Source of the DNA: Carcharhinus amblyrhynchos
Taxonomy: Eukaryota
DNA: 64,000 nucleotides
Assembly (NCBI GenBank): GCA_965287045.1
Contig: OZ336871.1
Span: forward strand, 68,138,001 to 68,202,000
Direction: 5' to 3'
Position numbers and translations under genes: made by a program
The notes under the pieces: model-generated
What the model saw: the letters and a program-made list of their open reading frames with translations, nothing else
Database searches by the model: none
What the model was told of the DNA's origin: nothing
In this document: in pieces, positions 25,218 through 38,152 of the stretch
Layout: every line of letters starts with the position of its first letter
How positions within the stretch are numbered: position 1 is the stretch's first letter

Positions 25218-25547
25218 TTAGAGTCCCAACAGTGCAGAAGAAGGCCATTTGGCCCATTGAATCTGCAATGACTCTTCGTAGGCTTACCCCATAACCCCAT
25301 GTATTTACCCCGCTAATCCCCACAACCTACAAATCTTAGCACACTAAGGGGGAATTTAGCATGGCTAATCAACCTTTCCTGCATATCTTTTAGGCTGTGG
25401 GAGGAAACCAGAACACCTGACAGAATCCTGCGTAGAAAAGGGGAGAATGTGCAAACTCCACGCAAACAGTCACTCAAGGGCGGAATTGAACCAAGGTCCC
25501 TGGTACTATGAGGTGGAGTGCTAACCACTGTGCCCACCCTTCCGCCC
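25218..25547 (-). mobile_element. tRNA-derived V-SINE-like element, CR1-type tail
   Basis: Reverse-complement head, core and tail; embedded in decayed plus-strand CR1 sequence (~24465-25800). Confidence 0.85.
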
Positions 25548-28500
25548 AAAGATCTTTTACCACAAGAGCAATAAAGATTAACAGAATATTTAATAGGCAA
25601 TTGTAAAATTCTGGATTGGTTTGATAAGGATTGGAAGTCAGTGACAAGGAGCTATGAATTTAAAATAGTTACTAATATTAATTAAATATGTCTTCAAAAG
25701 TATTCAGGGGAGAAGTAAGGAGGAATTTCTTGATGTATAGTTGTTAGAGAACCAATTCTTTTCCCCAGGAAATAGTTTAAACTGACACTGCTGCATCTTT
25801 TCATCTCAAGCAGCACAATATGAATGAATGCCTGGGCCATCCCTTTTAACCACTCCCCCAGTATTAAAAAAACAATAAAACAGAATTTTGACTTATTTTG
25901 TGATTTTTCATAAGTTGCTGATTGATTTGCATTGATCTATCTTTAGACTCATGAAATTTAAATATGTGCTCTAATTCTTCATGATTTTTATCAAGTTGCT
26001 GTATTTGCACATTAGTTCATCACTAAATGTCATTTTCTGTGGAGATTTTAATAACTAAGAGCACAAACCGCTTCATCAACTGTTTTTGCCCCACAAAAAG
26101 TAAGCAATTTTAAATGTGAACCTCATCCCTTAACACTGTTGAATTGATTTAAGAGATTTTAAATTGTTTAATCTCGTTTTACTTTTCATTTCTCATTTTT
26201 CTGTCTCTCTTTTTTTCCATTACTTTATTTCTTTTGCTGTATCTGATTATACATTGAACTGATTTATTCTACTTCCAACTCGACCTCAATCCTTCCTCCT
26301 GATAATTTCTCAATCCATCTATCTTCCCACTTTCAACAAAGTGCACTTGCCTATTTGCCCTTGTTGCATTGATATCAGCCCAAACTTGCAGTAATAATTT
26401 GAGCAACATTTTTGAAAGGTAAATGTACACAAACATACTTAACTAATTGGGCCTCTTATGGAATTGAAAATCTGTAATCAAATCTGTTTGACATTTTAAA
26501 TGTGATTTGCAGTGGTATTATACTTATTTTTACATTCTATTGTGGTTGTCCATTCATTGTCAGAATTTCAGGAGTTAGAGCCAAATATTCCCAATGAAGT
26601 TGGTCATTTGAGAACACTTCAGTTTGGTAGTGAAATCTGGCTGCTTGAAAGTACTCATTTCTGATTGACGACTATTAAGTTGAATTGATGGCATTTCAAT
26701 GAAGACATAATGCCAGTATAATTAATGTTAAATTCAGTCCAGGTAAGCATGGTTCACAGACAATAAGCTGTCAAAACATATCATTCTGATCTTTGGGCTT
26801 TGGTAACAAAAATTCACCTTTATATTGCAAAACTAATATTTAACTGACTTGATTCAAATACTTAGGCCTTTGCTCTAAACCGTCTCCAGCTGCAGAAGAC
26901 ATTATTACCATACTGATATTTACTGCCTTTGATGTATTTACTGGAATGAAATGAGTGATACATAGAAAAAAAAATTTTAGCTACCATTTTATGAAACAGA
27001 ATCTGACAAAACTGTCTGCTAATCAGGGTTCCAGGCACCTGCTAGCAGAAGCGATTTTCTGTTGTCATGAACTGGTCAAATATGCGTGCATGCAGAAGTC
27101 AATATGTTAGTCATAAATACAAGATAGAAGAGCCGAAAGTACAAAGGAAATACCTTTTTGGACTAGCTTTTATGTGGAGTTTTCCAAGCCTCCAAGGTCT
27201 ATTCCTGTGGTAATAAAATGAATGTCAGGCAAATGTCTTAGATTGTAGACATTTGTGCTTCATCCTCATATTACAAAGAGCATTCCTTCCATTTTTTTTC
27301 CAGAAATTACTTAGCTTTGTAAACCTCCAGTCCATTTTCATTTTATGCAGAATTAATTCAAAATACTTTAAACATTGTCTGCTCTCATTGCCTGTGATTC
27401 ATCAGCCTGCATATGCATGACAAGTAGGCGAAGGTCAAGTGCTAACTCAGATTTTGCATTTTCTTTCCAGCATTACATATTTGCAAAATGAATAATGTGG
27501 TTTGGATGTAGAAATACTTGAAGTAAACAGTGACAAGAGGCACGAGACTGAATCTGGAAAGCCTTCTCACACCACCTCAATTTTAGATCCAGTGTGTAAC
27601 AACTGCAGTCATATGAAGAGAAGTTTAAAAGGTTCCTTCTGTGTTTACGCACACAAAAATTAATTCCCCTTTGCCGGACTGCTCTTAGGAACCAACATGT
27701 TAATTTTGGTCAGTCAGAGCAGGTACCAGTTTCAACTGTAACTTTGCAGTTAATTATCTTTCTCTTCTGACAGGCTGCTGATTGAGCAAGTGCATAAAAA
27801 ATTGCATACCACTAATTTTACATTATATGACTCACCAAGTAAAAGGCTCGTGGCCTCGTTTTGCATTACTTATGGCTAGTGATAATTCTGATAATGTTTT
27901 CTCCTGAAGTAAGCAGCCAATTAGGATCTGATAATGCTTTTCTATATGTCGTCAATGGGCTGGAGGAAGCTGTAACCCCAAAATGAAAGAGAACATTATT
28001 ATATTGGTTCTGTCTAAGTTTAATGTACTTGATGTCTGTGTAAGTTAGTATTTAATTCTTTATAGTTCTTTATTGCATTACACTACATTCAACTCAGCTG
28101 TATGCAATTTTGTGCCCTTTCTTTCTCTATAAGCGTATTTATAAAAACAAAAAGGAATTCAGACATTATTTCCTCCATCTAAGAATTCTAATAAATAACT
28201 GTTTCCTTTCTATTCTACAAAAATGGTAGGAACTTCCTCTTCATTTATGCACTTTCTGTAGATAAATAACTGGCATTGTTTTATGAATGAGTTCCTTACA
28301 AATTTTATAATCTTTTATCTGGAAACATTTTTTGTTACTGCTTCAAAGTTTTTCTTTATTTCTACACTAATCAAATATATTATTTTGCGAGTTCCACTAA
28401 TGATATACTGTAACTCAATCTGAACAATATTCATGAATTTCTTGAATGTGAACCAACTCAAATGGTATCCTGGGATCATGTCCAAAACAAAATACTTTTG

Positions 28501-30964
28501 AAAATAAACCCTGCACTGCCATCCTCAGTAAAAACTGAACTATGTCAATTTGTGGCCTATTACAGAAGATGTTGAAATGAAGATTCAGTAGACCATAAGA
28601 AATCCTTAAGGGTATGTTATTGACAATACATCATCAAATATTCTCATGCCATTGTATAACTTGTGATTAAATTTAATTGAGGACTGTGGAGCTTTTCTCT
28701 TGAAACTTTAGATGGCCTATTGTGATTTTGCAGGACAAATTTTACATTGATCAAGAAACTTCAATTTAATGCTTTGCACAAAATAGGTTGATCCTATTGA
28801 TCCAGTCATGTCTCATTAAGCACAAAATTATATATAGCATTTACATTTAATTATTTTCACAATTATATTAACAGAAAAAATATATATTTGGCAACATTAC
28901 TATTAACATAAAATATTCTCTAATGTAATTGTTTACGATGCTTTCATTCTTTATGACAAACACAAGCTTCAGGACTCAGATATTTTCTTGGATGCACTGG
29001 CACAACAGGAAGCAGCCTTGACCATTTGTGTTCTGAACTGTGCCTGTGCTGTTTCATATCAAATTATCTGATAACTTCCAACAGGGTATAAAATAGGACC
29101 ATCTGGTAATCTGAACTGAATGTTTTTTTTCTTCACGTGCATTTTTCCAATCATGAAGGTAGAATGTAACATTTTGTAAGACAAGGCCAGGCACCAAGCT
29201 TAGAGTGTTTAACGGTACAGTGCAATATGAAAATCAAATTCCTCTTTCTTCCCTTAGTCTCACTTCTGGCTGTGAAAATAGAATAAAATAATAAATCACC
29301 TGCCCTGTTCCTTTTACTCGTGTTGAGCTTCAGTGGAACAGTGTACCAGGTCAAGGACAGAGATGTCAGCATTCTAGAAACTGCTTCATCTGGTTTTAAA
29401 ACACATGTACAATGCCCACAACTTGTGACTTTAGAAAGAAAACTCTATAAATTTGTGCTAAAACACAATATTTAATTATAATTTAATCTATGAAAAAAAA
29501 TCAAAACCCCCAAATGTAATAACAATTTTTAGTGAAGCTCAGCAAGTTCAGCTAGAAATGTAATTTGTAATGTGAGTAAGAGTTTAAACATGTATTCCCA
29601 AACAAAGTTGTCTTATTATATGTCTTCTGGAATTCCCATTTTTATTGTTACACATTGTAACAAATAAACATCTAATATATCAATACCAGCAATGCTATCT
29701 CTTCAATGTCTACATTAAGTTTATAAACAAAACAGTATATATTGTATATTTTATCAATAGTTGCCATGATGACCAACCTTATATGTAGATATGATGAGTC
29801 TAAAAACGGATGGTCCCTAAATGGTACTTTGGTAGATTCATGATCCCTCAGCTTCGCCATTGACTTATGATCTGATAATAAATGCACTTGGATTTTTGCC
29901 TGCTGCTCAGGATTCCAAGGAGGCATCCTAAAATCAAACAGAACTCTGAAAATATACATTTTCTCCAATTTAGCCATACACTTGATGGATCATAGAACCT
30001 TCTGCTCAGGAACTTAACTCACTGGTTTGATCTGATTTGATTAAAACAATTAGGTTCTTGCATCCGATCTTCACTTGCCTCAGAAAGAAGTGCCTTTTTT
30101 CAGGATTACGTGACAATGCATCTGGTATTGAATAAAGCTTTTCCTTCAATGTTAAACTTAAAAATGAATTTCCTGAGCAGCGTAACCCATTTTGAGAAAC
30201 ATCTATTTTAGTTTCTTTTTTCCATTCACTGCTTCTAACCACAGTGAAATGATCCTTTGCACCATATGATTAAAGTATTTTCATCACCCACATCAATTCA
30301 AGACTAACATACAGAATGGCTGTGAACCTGACATAAGCATCATCTGGTGACTTGAATAATGACTTTTATCCTCCATCATACCTCAGAACATCTTTTGTTT
30401 AAACTTGTGTCATGCTGCTCTGATTTTTCTCTTCAAAATTACTATATTAAAGTCACATGTATTTAATGTAACCATCTTTTCCAAATTCTGTTTGGTCTTA
30501 TGCTTCCTATGTTCATTCATTTAGTTTATTAATTGTTTCTTTCTCTATTATTTGGTATTTTGTTTTTACACCATTCCTGGGCCTGTCACATCCAAACCAG
30601 AGAAGGTAGTAAACTTTTGAATGTGCTGTTAATCCAGTCACCGAGAATCTTCAGAGTGGCTGGCCAGTGACTCTTCCTTTGATTTTAATTTTTTTCACAT
30701 GGCAGTGCCTTGTCTCGACTTGTGCTCTGCTGATGGTATGACAGAAATCAGGGGCAGTTTGACATGAAAATTCTCACTTTGAATATGTTAAATACTCCCT
30801 AATATTTTCAGTGTTTTCAACATTCTCATTCATGTCTTGCCTATTCATACCACTTAGAGCATTTGTCTTTTTTGTTAATATTGTATGCAGTGCGATTTTT
30901 GCTGTTTTCTGATTTAAAACAGACACATGGGACTATAAATGCACCATTATTAAAGATCTTTTTG

Positions 30965-31082
30965 TTCTGAAGAAGAATCAATAGACTTAAAGCATTAACT
31001 CTGTTTCTCTCTCCACAGATGCTGCCAGACCAGATGAGTTTTCCAACATTTTCTGCTTTTATGTCAGATTTCTAGCATCTGT
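30965..31082 (+). repeat. Penelope-like terminal-repeat fragment
   Basis: CTGAAGAAG...GACTTAAAGCATTAACTCTGTTTCTCTCTCCACAGATGCTGCCAGACC; same family as 10004-10110 and 47036-47171. Confidence 0.7.
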
Positions 31083-31088
31083 GTAGTA

Positions 31089-31665
31089 CAGGCAATTGTT
31101 AGACTTAGGACACAATTAGTTCCTGAAAATCACATTGAAAGTTAAAACTGATTTTTCCATAGGAACAGTGCTATAAGTGGGGGATTGGCTCCTTAACCAA
31201 AGCTGGAAATCACTCAAGGGGGTACTTTGTGGTGTTAAATGCTCTTACTCCTTGCACTGTCAATTCGCTGAGGCAACTTGATGTCTGCACAACTTAGCAC
31301 AAGTTCCTCAGTTAATGTGGGGGAATATAATGAATCCATTCAATCACTGTTAGTTGTCTGTTTAACCTTGAACTCCTGTGAGCCTGAGTGCATCCTAAAT
31401 ACAACATAAGCATGTAAAAACATTCAAATCATAATGGTTGCATAAAAACATTTTAACGGAATAAAATATTTATTTCCAACTAACAAAGATAATTCAACCT
31501 GTTCAGTATTGCAGACAGGCAACACAGGACATTAATGCTCACATATAAACATGCTGGTGTGAAGTTGAAACCAACACTCAGATGTCAAAATGGTGTGTCC
31601 AGTCTATCAATGTTATAATTGCTGTTCGCCATAACTTGGAACATCATAAAGTCAAGGATTGCCTG
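31089..31665. mobile_element. Tigger/pogo-like (Tc1-mariner) non-autonomous element
   Basis: TA|CAGGCAATTGTTAGACTT at the left end and AAGTCAAGGATTGCCTG|TA at the right end: imperfect TIRs with a TA target-site duplication. Confidence 0.75.
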
Positions 31666-32177
31666 TATTTTACTCTTAGTCCTGTTTGTTCAGTTTCCTT
31701 TCAAACATATATTAATGTTCAGGGTCTTCTGATCATGTATTTTATGTTTTATTATAAGATCTATAATATGTGTCAATTTTGGATATGTATTATATTTGAT
31801 AATATGTTGTCAAATAATAATTGATAACATATTATCAATACAATATGTTGTATTGATAATCTTTGATAAGCTGCTGAGATTTATGTGTCAAACATAAAAG
31901 GATATGTACAAGGCACATTTTACCAGAAATAAAGTACAAATGGAAGACACATAGTTCACAAGCTGGTATGGTGATTAAGTCATTTCATAGTGACTTAATT
32001 TATGCAAACCACTTCTCCCTCTGTAATTTGTTATTGAACATACCACATACGCCAAGTAGAAATGCTTTCTTTTAATAATCTAGTTTTTGATCAACCTTTT
32101 GATTTCTCTGTCATTTCACTTAAATACAGTTGACAGACTGCCTCTGGAAAGTTTTATCCAGTTTGTTGACATTTGAG

Positions 32178-32480
32178 AGAATCCATAGAATCCTTACAAT
32201 GCAAAAGGAGACTATTCAACCCATCAAGTCAGGACCAACCACAATCCCACCCAGGCCGTATCCCCCTAACCCCACATATTTACCCTGCAAATCCTCCTGA
32301 CATTAGGTCAATTTAGCATAGCCAATCACCCGCATATCTTTGGACTGTGGGAAGAAACTGGAACACCTGGAGGACACTCATGCAGACATGGGGAGAATGT
32401 GCAAACTCCACACAGACACTGACCTGAGGCCAGAATTGAACCCGGATCCCTAGCACTGTGAGGCAGCAGTGCTTATCACT
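32178..32480 (-). mobile_element. tRNA-derived V-SINE-like element, CR1-type tail
   Basis: Reverse complement of the family; GAATCCATAGAATCC tail repeat. Confidence 0.85.
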
Positions 32481-33189
32481 GATGGATCACCCAATAAATT
32501 AAGTGTCAATCTTGTAGCATCAATGGACAAAATAACCATTATAAATAAATCAATGCTTTCTAATCCATGCATATGATGTAAAAAATCATACTTCTGATGA
32601 AAATGAACTAAAAAAACCCCAAGAATTTTGTGATTCAACATGTGCTTTTCCAATTTTGCTTTATATTGATTTTAGAGTAAAATATAAATTGCTTAATGGA
32701 AAAAGACCAGGGTCAATCTACTCCAACCTTACCAGACTTGTAGTCACATGATGCAACAATAATAGAGTTGTTGACTAATTGTAGCATTCAATCTCTTACA
32801 ATTAATCTACAACAGACCCAGACATGATATGAAGAAAGTTCAAGTGATGAAAATCTTTGAAATCATATATATTTATTGTATATATCATCAATTTGTCATT
32901 AATCATAGAAACATTGTAAGCTGTAATTTAATCTAAAATTTCAATGTTTTAAAATTTAGAATGTTTTAGAATTATTAGGCCGTGGGAGCCAATTTTAAGT
33001 TTTGGCAGGCATTGGACAAACAATGGGCAGAAATGGTCAGATCGTCTACCTGACACCACCAGCAAGAGACTGCAATTGTTGATGATAGGCTCATTTGAAT
33101 CTCATTGGCCAGCTACTCATGATTTTTCAGTGATGGCCATTTCATTGATTTGTTTAGGTCACTAAACAGGGATTTTGTCTTGTTTCAAG

Positions 33190-33502
33190 AGGGCAGCACG
33201 GTGGAAGAGTGGTTAGCACTGCTGCCTGACAGAGCCAGGGACCCAGGTTTGATTCCCGACTTGGGTCACTGTCTGCGCAGCGTCTGCACATCCTCCATAT
33301 GTCTGCATAAGTTTTCTCCATGTGCTCTGGTTTCATCCCACAGTCCAAAAGGCGTGCTGGTTAGGTACATTGACCGTGCTAAATTCTCCTTCAGTGAACC
33401 CGAACAGGTGCTGGAGTGTGGCAACTACTGGATTTTCACAATAACTTCATCGCAGTGTTAATGTAAGCTTACTTATGACTCTAGTAATAAACTTAAACTT
33501 AA
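33190..33502 (+). mobile_element. tRNA-derived V-SINE-like element with the Rex1-like tail
   Basis: Head GGCAGCACGGTGG..GTGGTTAGCACTGCTGCC, core, tail TTTTCACAATAACTTCATCGCAGTGTTAATGTAAG...AATAAACTTAAACTTAA. Confidence 0.85.
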
Positions 33503-35769
33503 GTGAAATTAGGTAATGGTAATGCAACAGCAGCTCCAAGGAAATTTAGCTCCTGTGTCTGCAGGGTGATTCTACCACGTGATACTGCAATAGCCATTGA
33601 CTTCTTGTGTCATGCTTATCAGTGTTTGGTAGGACTGGTAAGAAATGGTGTTCAGAATTCTCACTGCAGTGAAGGGGAGTACAATAAGTCAGTTGAAGTG
33701 CCGATCCTTTTTCTGTTGCTGAAAAGCTTTGATGCAGGCTGGTACTTTAATATGGGCATTACAAAATAAAATTTTGTGCCCTCTGTCTAGGTCAAACAGG
33801 TTATTGCTGCACTCCTCACAAAAGCCAATCAGAGTATACCATTATTCAACTTATTCCAAGTTTTGGAAATATAGTAGGCTGCACTCGTGATCAGTTCCAT
33901 CCATGTGACCACCACCCTGTGCTAACAACCTTTATGATCAGGAAAAGATTCCACTCAGCTGCCAAGTGATCAACACCAGCACATCGTATAGCTCTGTGCC
34001 ACTATTTTGGGGCATTCATTGCCCACTCCTGCCAGGTGGAGGCAAAAAAAAATGACCCTATTGTTCCAATAAATATTTTATATCTGGTATGTATGTTGTT
34101 GGCTAATAAATCTATTCTGAATGTGTAGCAACATTTTTTCTACATTAATATGTTTTCACATTCAATTGTGATTTTTAAAAAAGAATCCTTTGAAGAAGAT
34201 AATTGAACAGTTACCTCACAATGTGACTGATGTATTTCGACACAAGGAAATGAAAAAAATAGCAATGTCTGTAGAACATATGCGCAGAGACTGAAGCTGC
34301 CATCTGAGACTGAGGGGCAGATTGTAATCTACTCCTTACAGACTAGACTGATACTGCCGGGTGTGCATTGCTGGGCCTTGGCAGACATATGAACCAAGAG
34401 AGGACTCTACACCTGCATGCCTACATGCCTGCACGGAGTTCTGATTTTTACGTCTACAAATTTATAGTGGCTGAAAATCTGCAACCCATCTTGTACACTG
34501 CCACCATAACTGAAATTGCAGTACAACAAAAAGGCATTAATTAAATCAAGATCTATAAATTAGGGTTCCAGGCCATCTTGGAGTTTCTAGCTGGCTTCTC
34601 CAGGGCAGGGTCTCTGCATACCTCAATTAAAGTCAGTGTTATAGTCAAGAAAAGTGGGAATGTGGGGTGGGGAGGTTAGTTGGTGAGGCTGCTTCCAAGG
34701 CAGTAGACCCTGCTGCTAGATGTCTCTCTGTGGGTTAACTGATGCCTGCTTAGAAGGCATCCCTACTATGAACATACAAGGGTAAAACTGGAAGATTCTC
34801 ATACGGTGGAGGGCCCATCTGTCACTGGTAAAATGCTATGGCAGTTAGAGGCCCTTAAGCTGCCTGCTAAATGTTTGAGTTAGCCTCTATGTGGAACAGC
34901 ATCCCCACCTTTCCCACTGTCAGTAAAATACCAAAAGTATTTAGAAGTTGACCACCACCCACCACTCTCCCCCCACCCACAACACTGCACCAACACCCTG
35001 CACATCTCTTCAGTTGACCCAGCCCATTCTCTGAGACCTGGCAACATTCTGGCTTATATTTTCAAAGTTTGAGGCACTTGCACGAATATTCTTTTCCCTT
35101 TCACTGTATAACGAAGATGAGATATATTGATTTTTAATAACTTTACCAAGAGTCCCTAGTGTTTGAACTAGTGTGTTCATGCATACAACCTGGATAGGAA
35201 TTTCCAGACATAGCTGCTGGCATGTGGTGAGCAAGCTGGTTTCAGGCAGAACATCAGTGGAAGCACTACAATTAGTGTCAATATGATGCATTAGGACAGG
35301 GAAAAAGAGTATGGATTTCAATCCCAGTCCCTATTGGAAGTGCACATGTTTGTATTTCATTGGAACTTCTGTCCTCTGCACTATAGTTTTTTAATAGTTT
35401 CTTATCACTAACATCAATCTGATTTCATCTGAGAAATACGTTAGATTCTTTGCTCAAGTATTCATTGTGCAAAACATTCCACGCTTCCAAATTTTCATCC
35501 TAACGCATTTTCTAAATTTTAAGTGATGATCTCTCATCACTGACTCCCCAGCTGGGGAAGTCATTTTTCCCTATTCTCTCTATTATATTGTTCATAATTT
35601 GAAAAAAAAAATAGATCCATTAAATTTTTTAAACTACACTGCAATGGGTTCCTAACTACAGTTTTCCAACTTTGGCACTAATATTGTGAATTTAGACTGT
35701 ATATTATTTCTTTTTAATGTCCCTTCTACAATAGGGCACATGAAACTTTGCAACATTGTTAATAATTTT

Positions 35770-35900
35770 TCATAGGATCCATACAGTATAGAAGGAAGCC
35801 ATTTGGTCCATTGAGTCTGTACCGACTCTCTGATCGCGCATCTTACCCAGGCCCCATCCCAATAACCCCATGTATTTATTCTGTTAATCCTCTTAACCTA
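35770..35900 (-). mobile_element. 3' tail fragment of a SINE or CR1
   Basis: CATAGGATCCATACAGTATAGAAGGAAGCCATTTGGTCCATTGAGTCTG. Confidence 0.65.
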
Positions 35901-37819
35901 AAAAATTTATGTCCTTATTAATGATTTGCTTTAATACTCACTGCCTTTTTTTGCTATACCTCAAATGCTATTTGTCTTTTTATCACTATCAACCTACAAA
36001 CAAATGTTAAGATCGTTTGAATCTCTTGGTTGGTCTGCCTGTCTACCACTCTTGTGGAGAAGGCAAATGTTGTATGTGTTTGTCAGGATGGGTTAAATGT
36101 GATGAGCTTGATAATGTTTTCTACACTTTTTTTGTGTTTGTATGTACAATTAGTGCTCATGAGTTCTGCACCATCAGTGTCTGCACTCTTATCTGATGTT
36201 TACTAGTTCTCTCCGTTCTGAGATCCTGTTATAATTTTCCTTCTGAACAAATTGCAATTTTTTAGTGAAACAAACAATGTTCACCGGGATTTCTTTTTTT
36301 CCCTATTTCTATGAAGTAAAAGATCATCAACTTGAAATTAGTTGTCTTGTCATTCTGGGAGTGTGAGATGTTAATCCCAAACACAAGTTCATTGAAAACA
36401 GTTAGCTCGAAATTTCAATTCCTCAGGTTATAAAATAACTGTTTAAATATTAGGCAAAATTTAGGAGAAATTATGTATCTTTTATTTACATCAAGACAAT
36501 ATCAAGTTGTCAAAACATAGTACAAAATATTGGACTATAACAATTTATACAATACTTAGTGACTAACATCTAGACAAGACAGCAACTCACACAATACTAC
36601 AGTTAGATTACTGTAGACTAGCTGTCTATAGTTTAAATGTTATCTGCAACAAATGACTTTTCACTTAAGAATTCTCTGGTAATAAATGCTTGGCATGGAT
36701 CCATTAAGAGTAACCGATTTCTTCAAGATTCTATTTATACCTTAATTAAGACAAGTACTAATACTGTTAAACAAAATGATGCACATACTCTGCAGCCATC
36801 GTTCATTTCTCATTCAGAAAACAAACCATCATAGGTGAATGGCTTCCAATAATTGGAAGCAACTTCTTAGTCATACAACGTGGCCCATGTGTTTCCTGAT
36901 GACAGAGTGTGGCACTGAGTCATCCATATCAGAGAAGCCCGATCCATCTCCAATCACTAGGCTCTAGTGAATCACCTGACCTAAAACAGAGCAGTCATTA
37001 TGATTAACTGCAGAGAGTTGGGGGGGGTGGTGGTGGTGGGCAGGGGGGCGCATATTGGTGAACAGCAAAAGTGGTCTAACAGTGAGTCAACTTCAAATGA
37101 AAATAAAATTGGGAACAGTGTAAAACAGGCTGTTAATTTGCTATTAGCCTATTTAGTGTTGAAGACAATGGATAATTTCATCCCCAGTACCTCCAAACAA
37201 GGGGTCAGAATTATTATTCTACTTGTCCTTTTGAACTTGCACATGTGGGACCACAGTGGAGGACAGGGTTGGCCTTGAGAGTGATGCCCCCCATTGTCAA
37301 AAATATTTGCATTTGTTGCTTGCGTTCACATGTACTGAGTGGCCATGTTACTGAGTTACTTAGCGCTGCTAGAACCTATGCAAGCACATCCCTCATTACT
37401 GAACACATTCAGAAGAGGACAGAAGAAAATTGCAGAAAAAAATATAAATCCAGGCACTGTAAGTATGTGATACATTTTTCATTACACTGAGCTGGTTCAT
37501 AATACTTGCTCCTTTACACCTCATAATCAACTCATTGTTACACTGGAATTTTCACTACTTTGTTCCTCATAAGATAAGGATAAGTAGTGCATTGAAAATA
37601 TTTTACATTTGGTGCTACAGCTTAATACAAAATAATGATTCATCACCATTTACAGCAAGTTGAACATCAAGGATTAGATTTAATGGGACATGGGGATCTC
37701 TACACAGCTCCCCACCCCTGTCGGAGAAGAAGGGGTGTGCCCAAACCTGCTCCACCGGCTCATCCCATAGGCGTTTAACACTTGGAAGGATAGTAATTTG
37801 TTTCAGGCAGGAAAACAGT

Positions 37820-38152
37820 TTTAAGTTTGAAGTTTTAAAGATTAAGTTTAAAGTTTATTTATTAGTGTCACAAGTAGGTTCGCATTAACACTGCAATGAA
37901 GTTACTGTGAAAATCCCGTAGTTGCCACACTCCAGCGCCTGTTCGGATACACTGAGGGAGAATTTAGCATGGCCAATGCACCTAACCAGCACACCTTTTG
38001 GACCGTGGAAGGAAACCAGAGCACCCGGAGGAAATCTACGCAGATGGAGGAGAACATGCAAATTCCACACAGACAGTGACCCGAGGCTGGAATTGAACCT
38101 GGGTCCCTGGCGCTATAACGCACCAGTGCTAATCACTGTACCACCATGCCAC
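37820..38152 (-). mobile_element. tRNA-derived V-SINE-like element with the Rex1-like tail
   Basis: Best-preserved copy of this subfamily; minus-strand tail TTTTCACAGTAACTTCATTGCAGTGTTAATGCGAACCTACTTGTGACACTAATAATAAACTTTAAACTT. Confidence 0.88.

Noticed and set aside
29375-29410. TWIST1-homeodomain composite (Coordinator-type) motif
   Set aside because: The E-box with an A-rich flank is present, but the TAATT half-site is missing.
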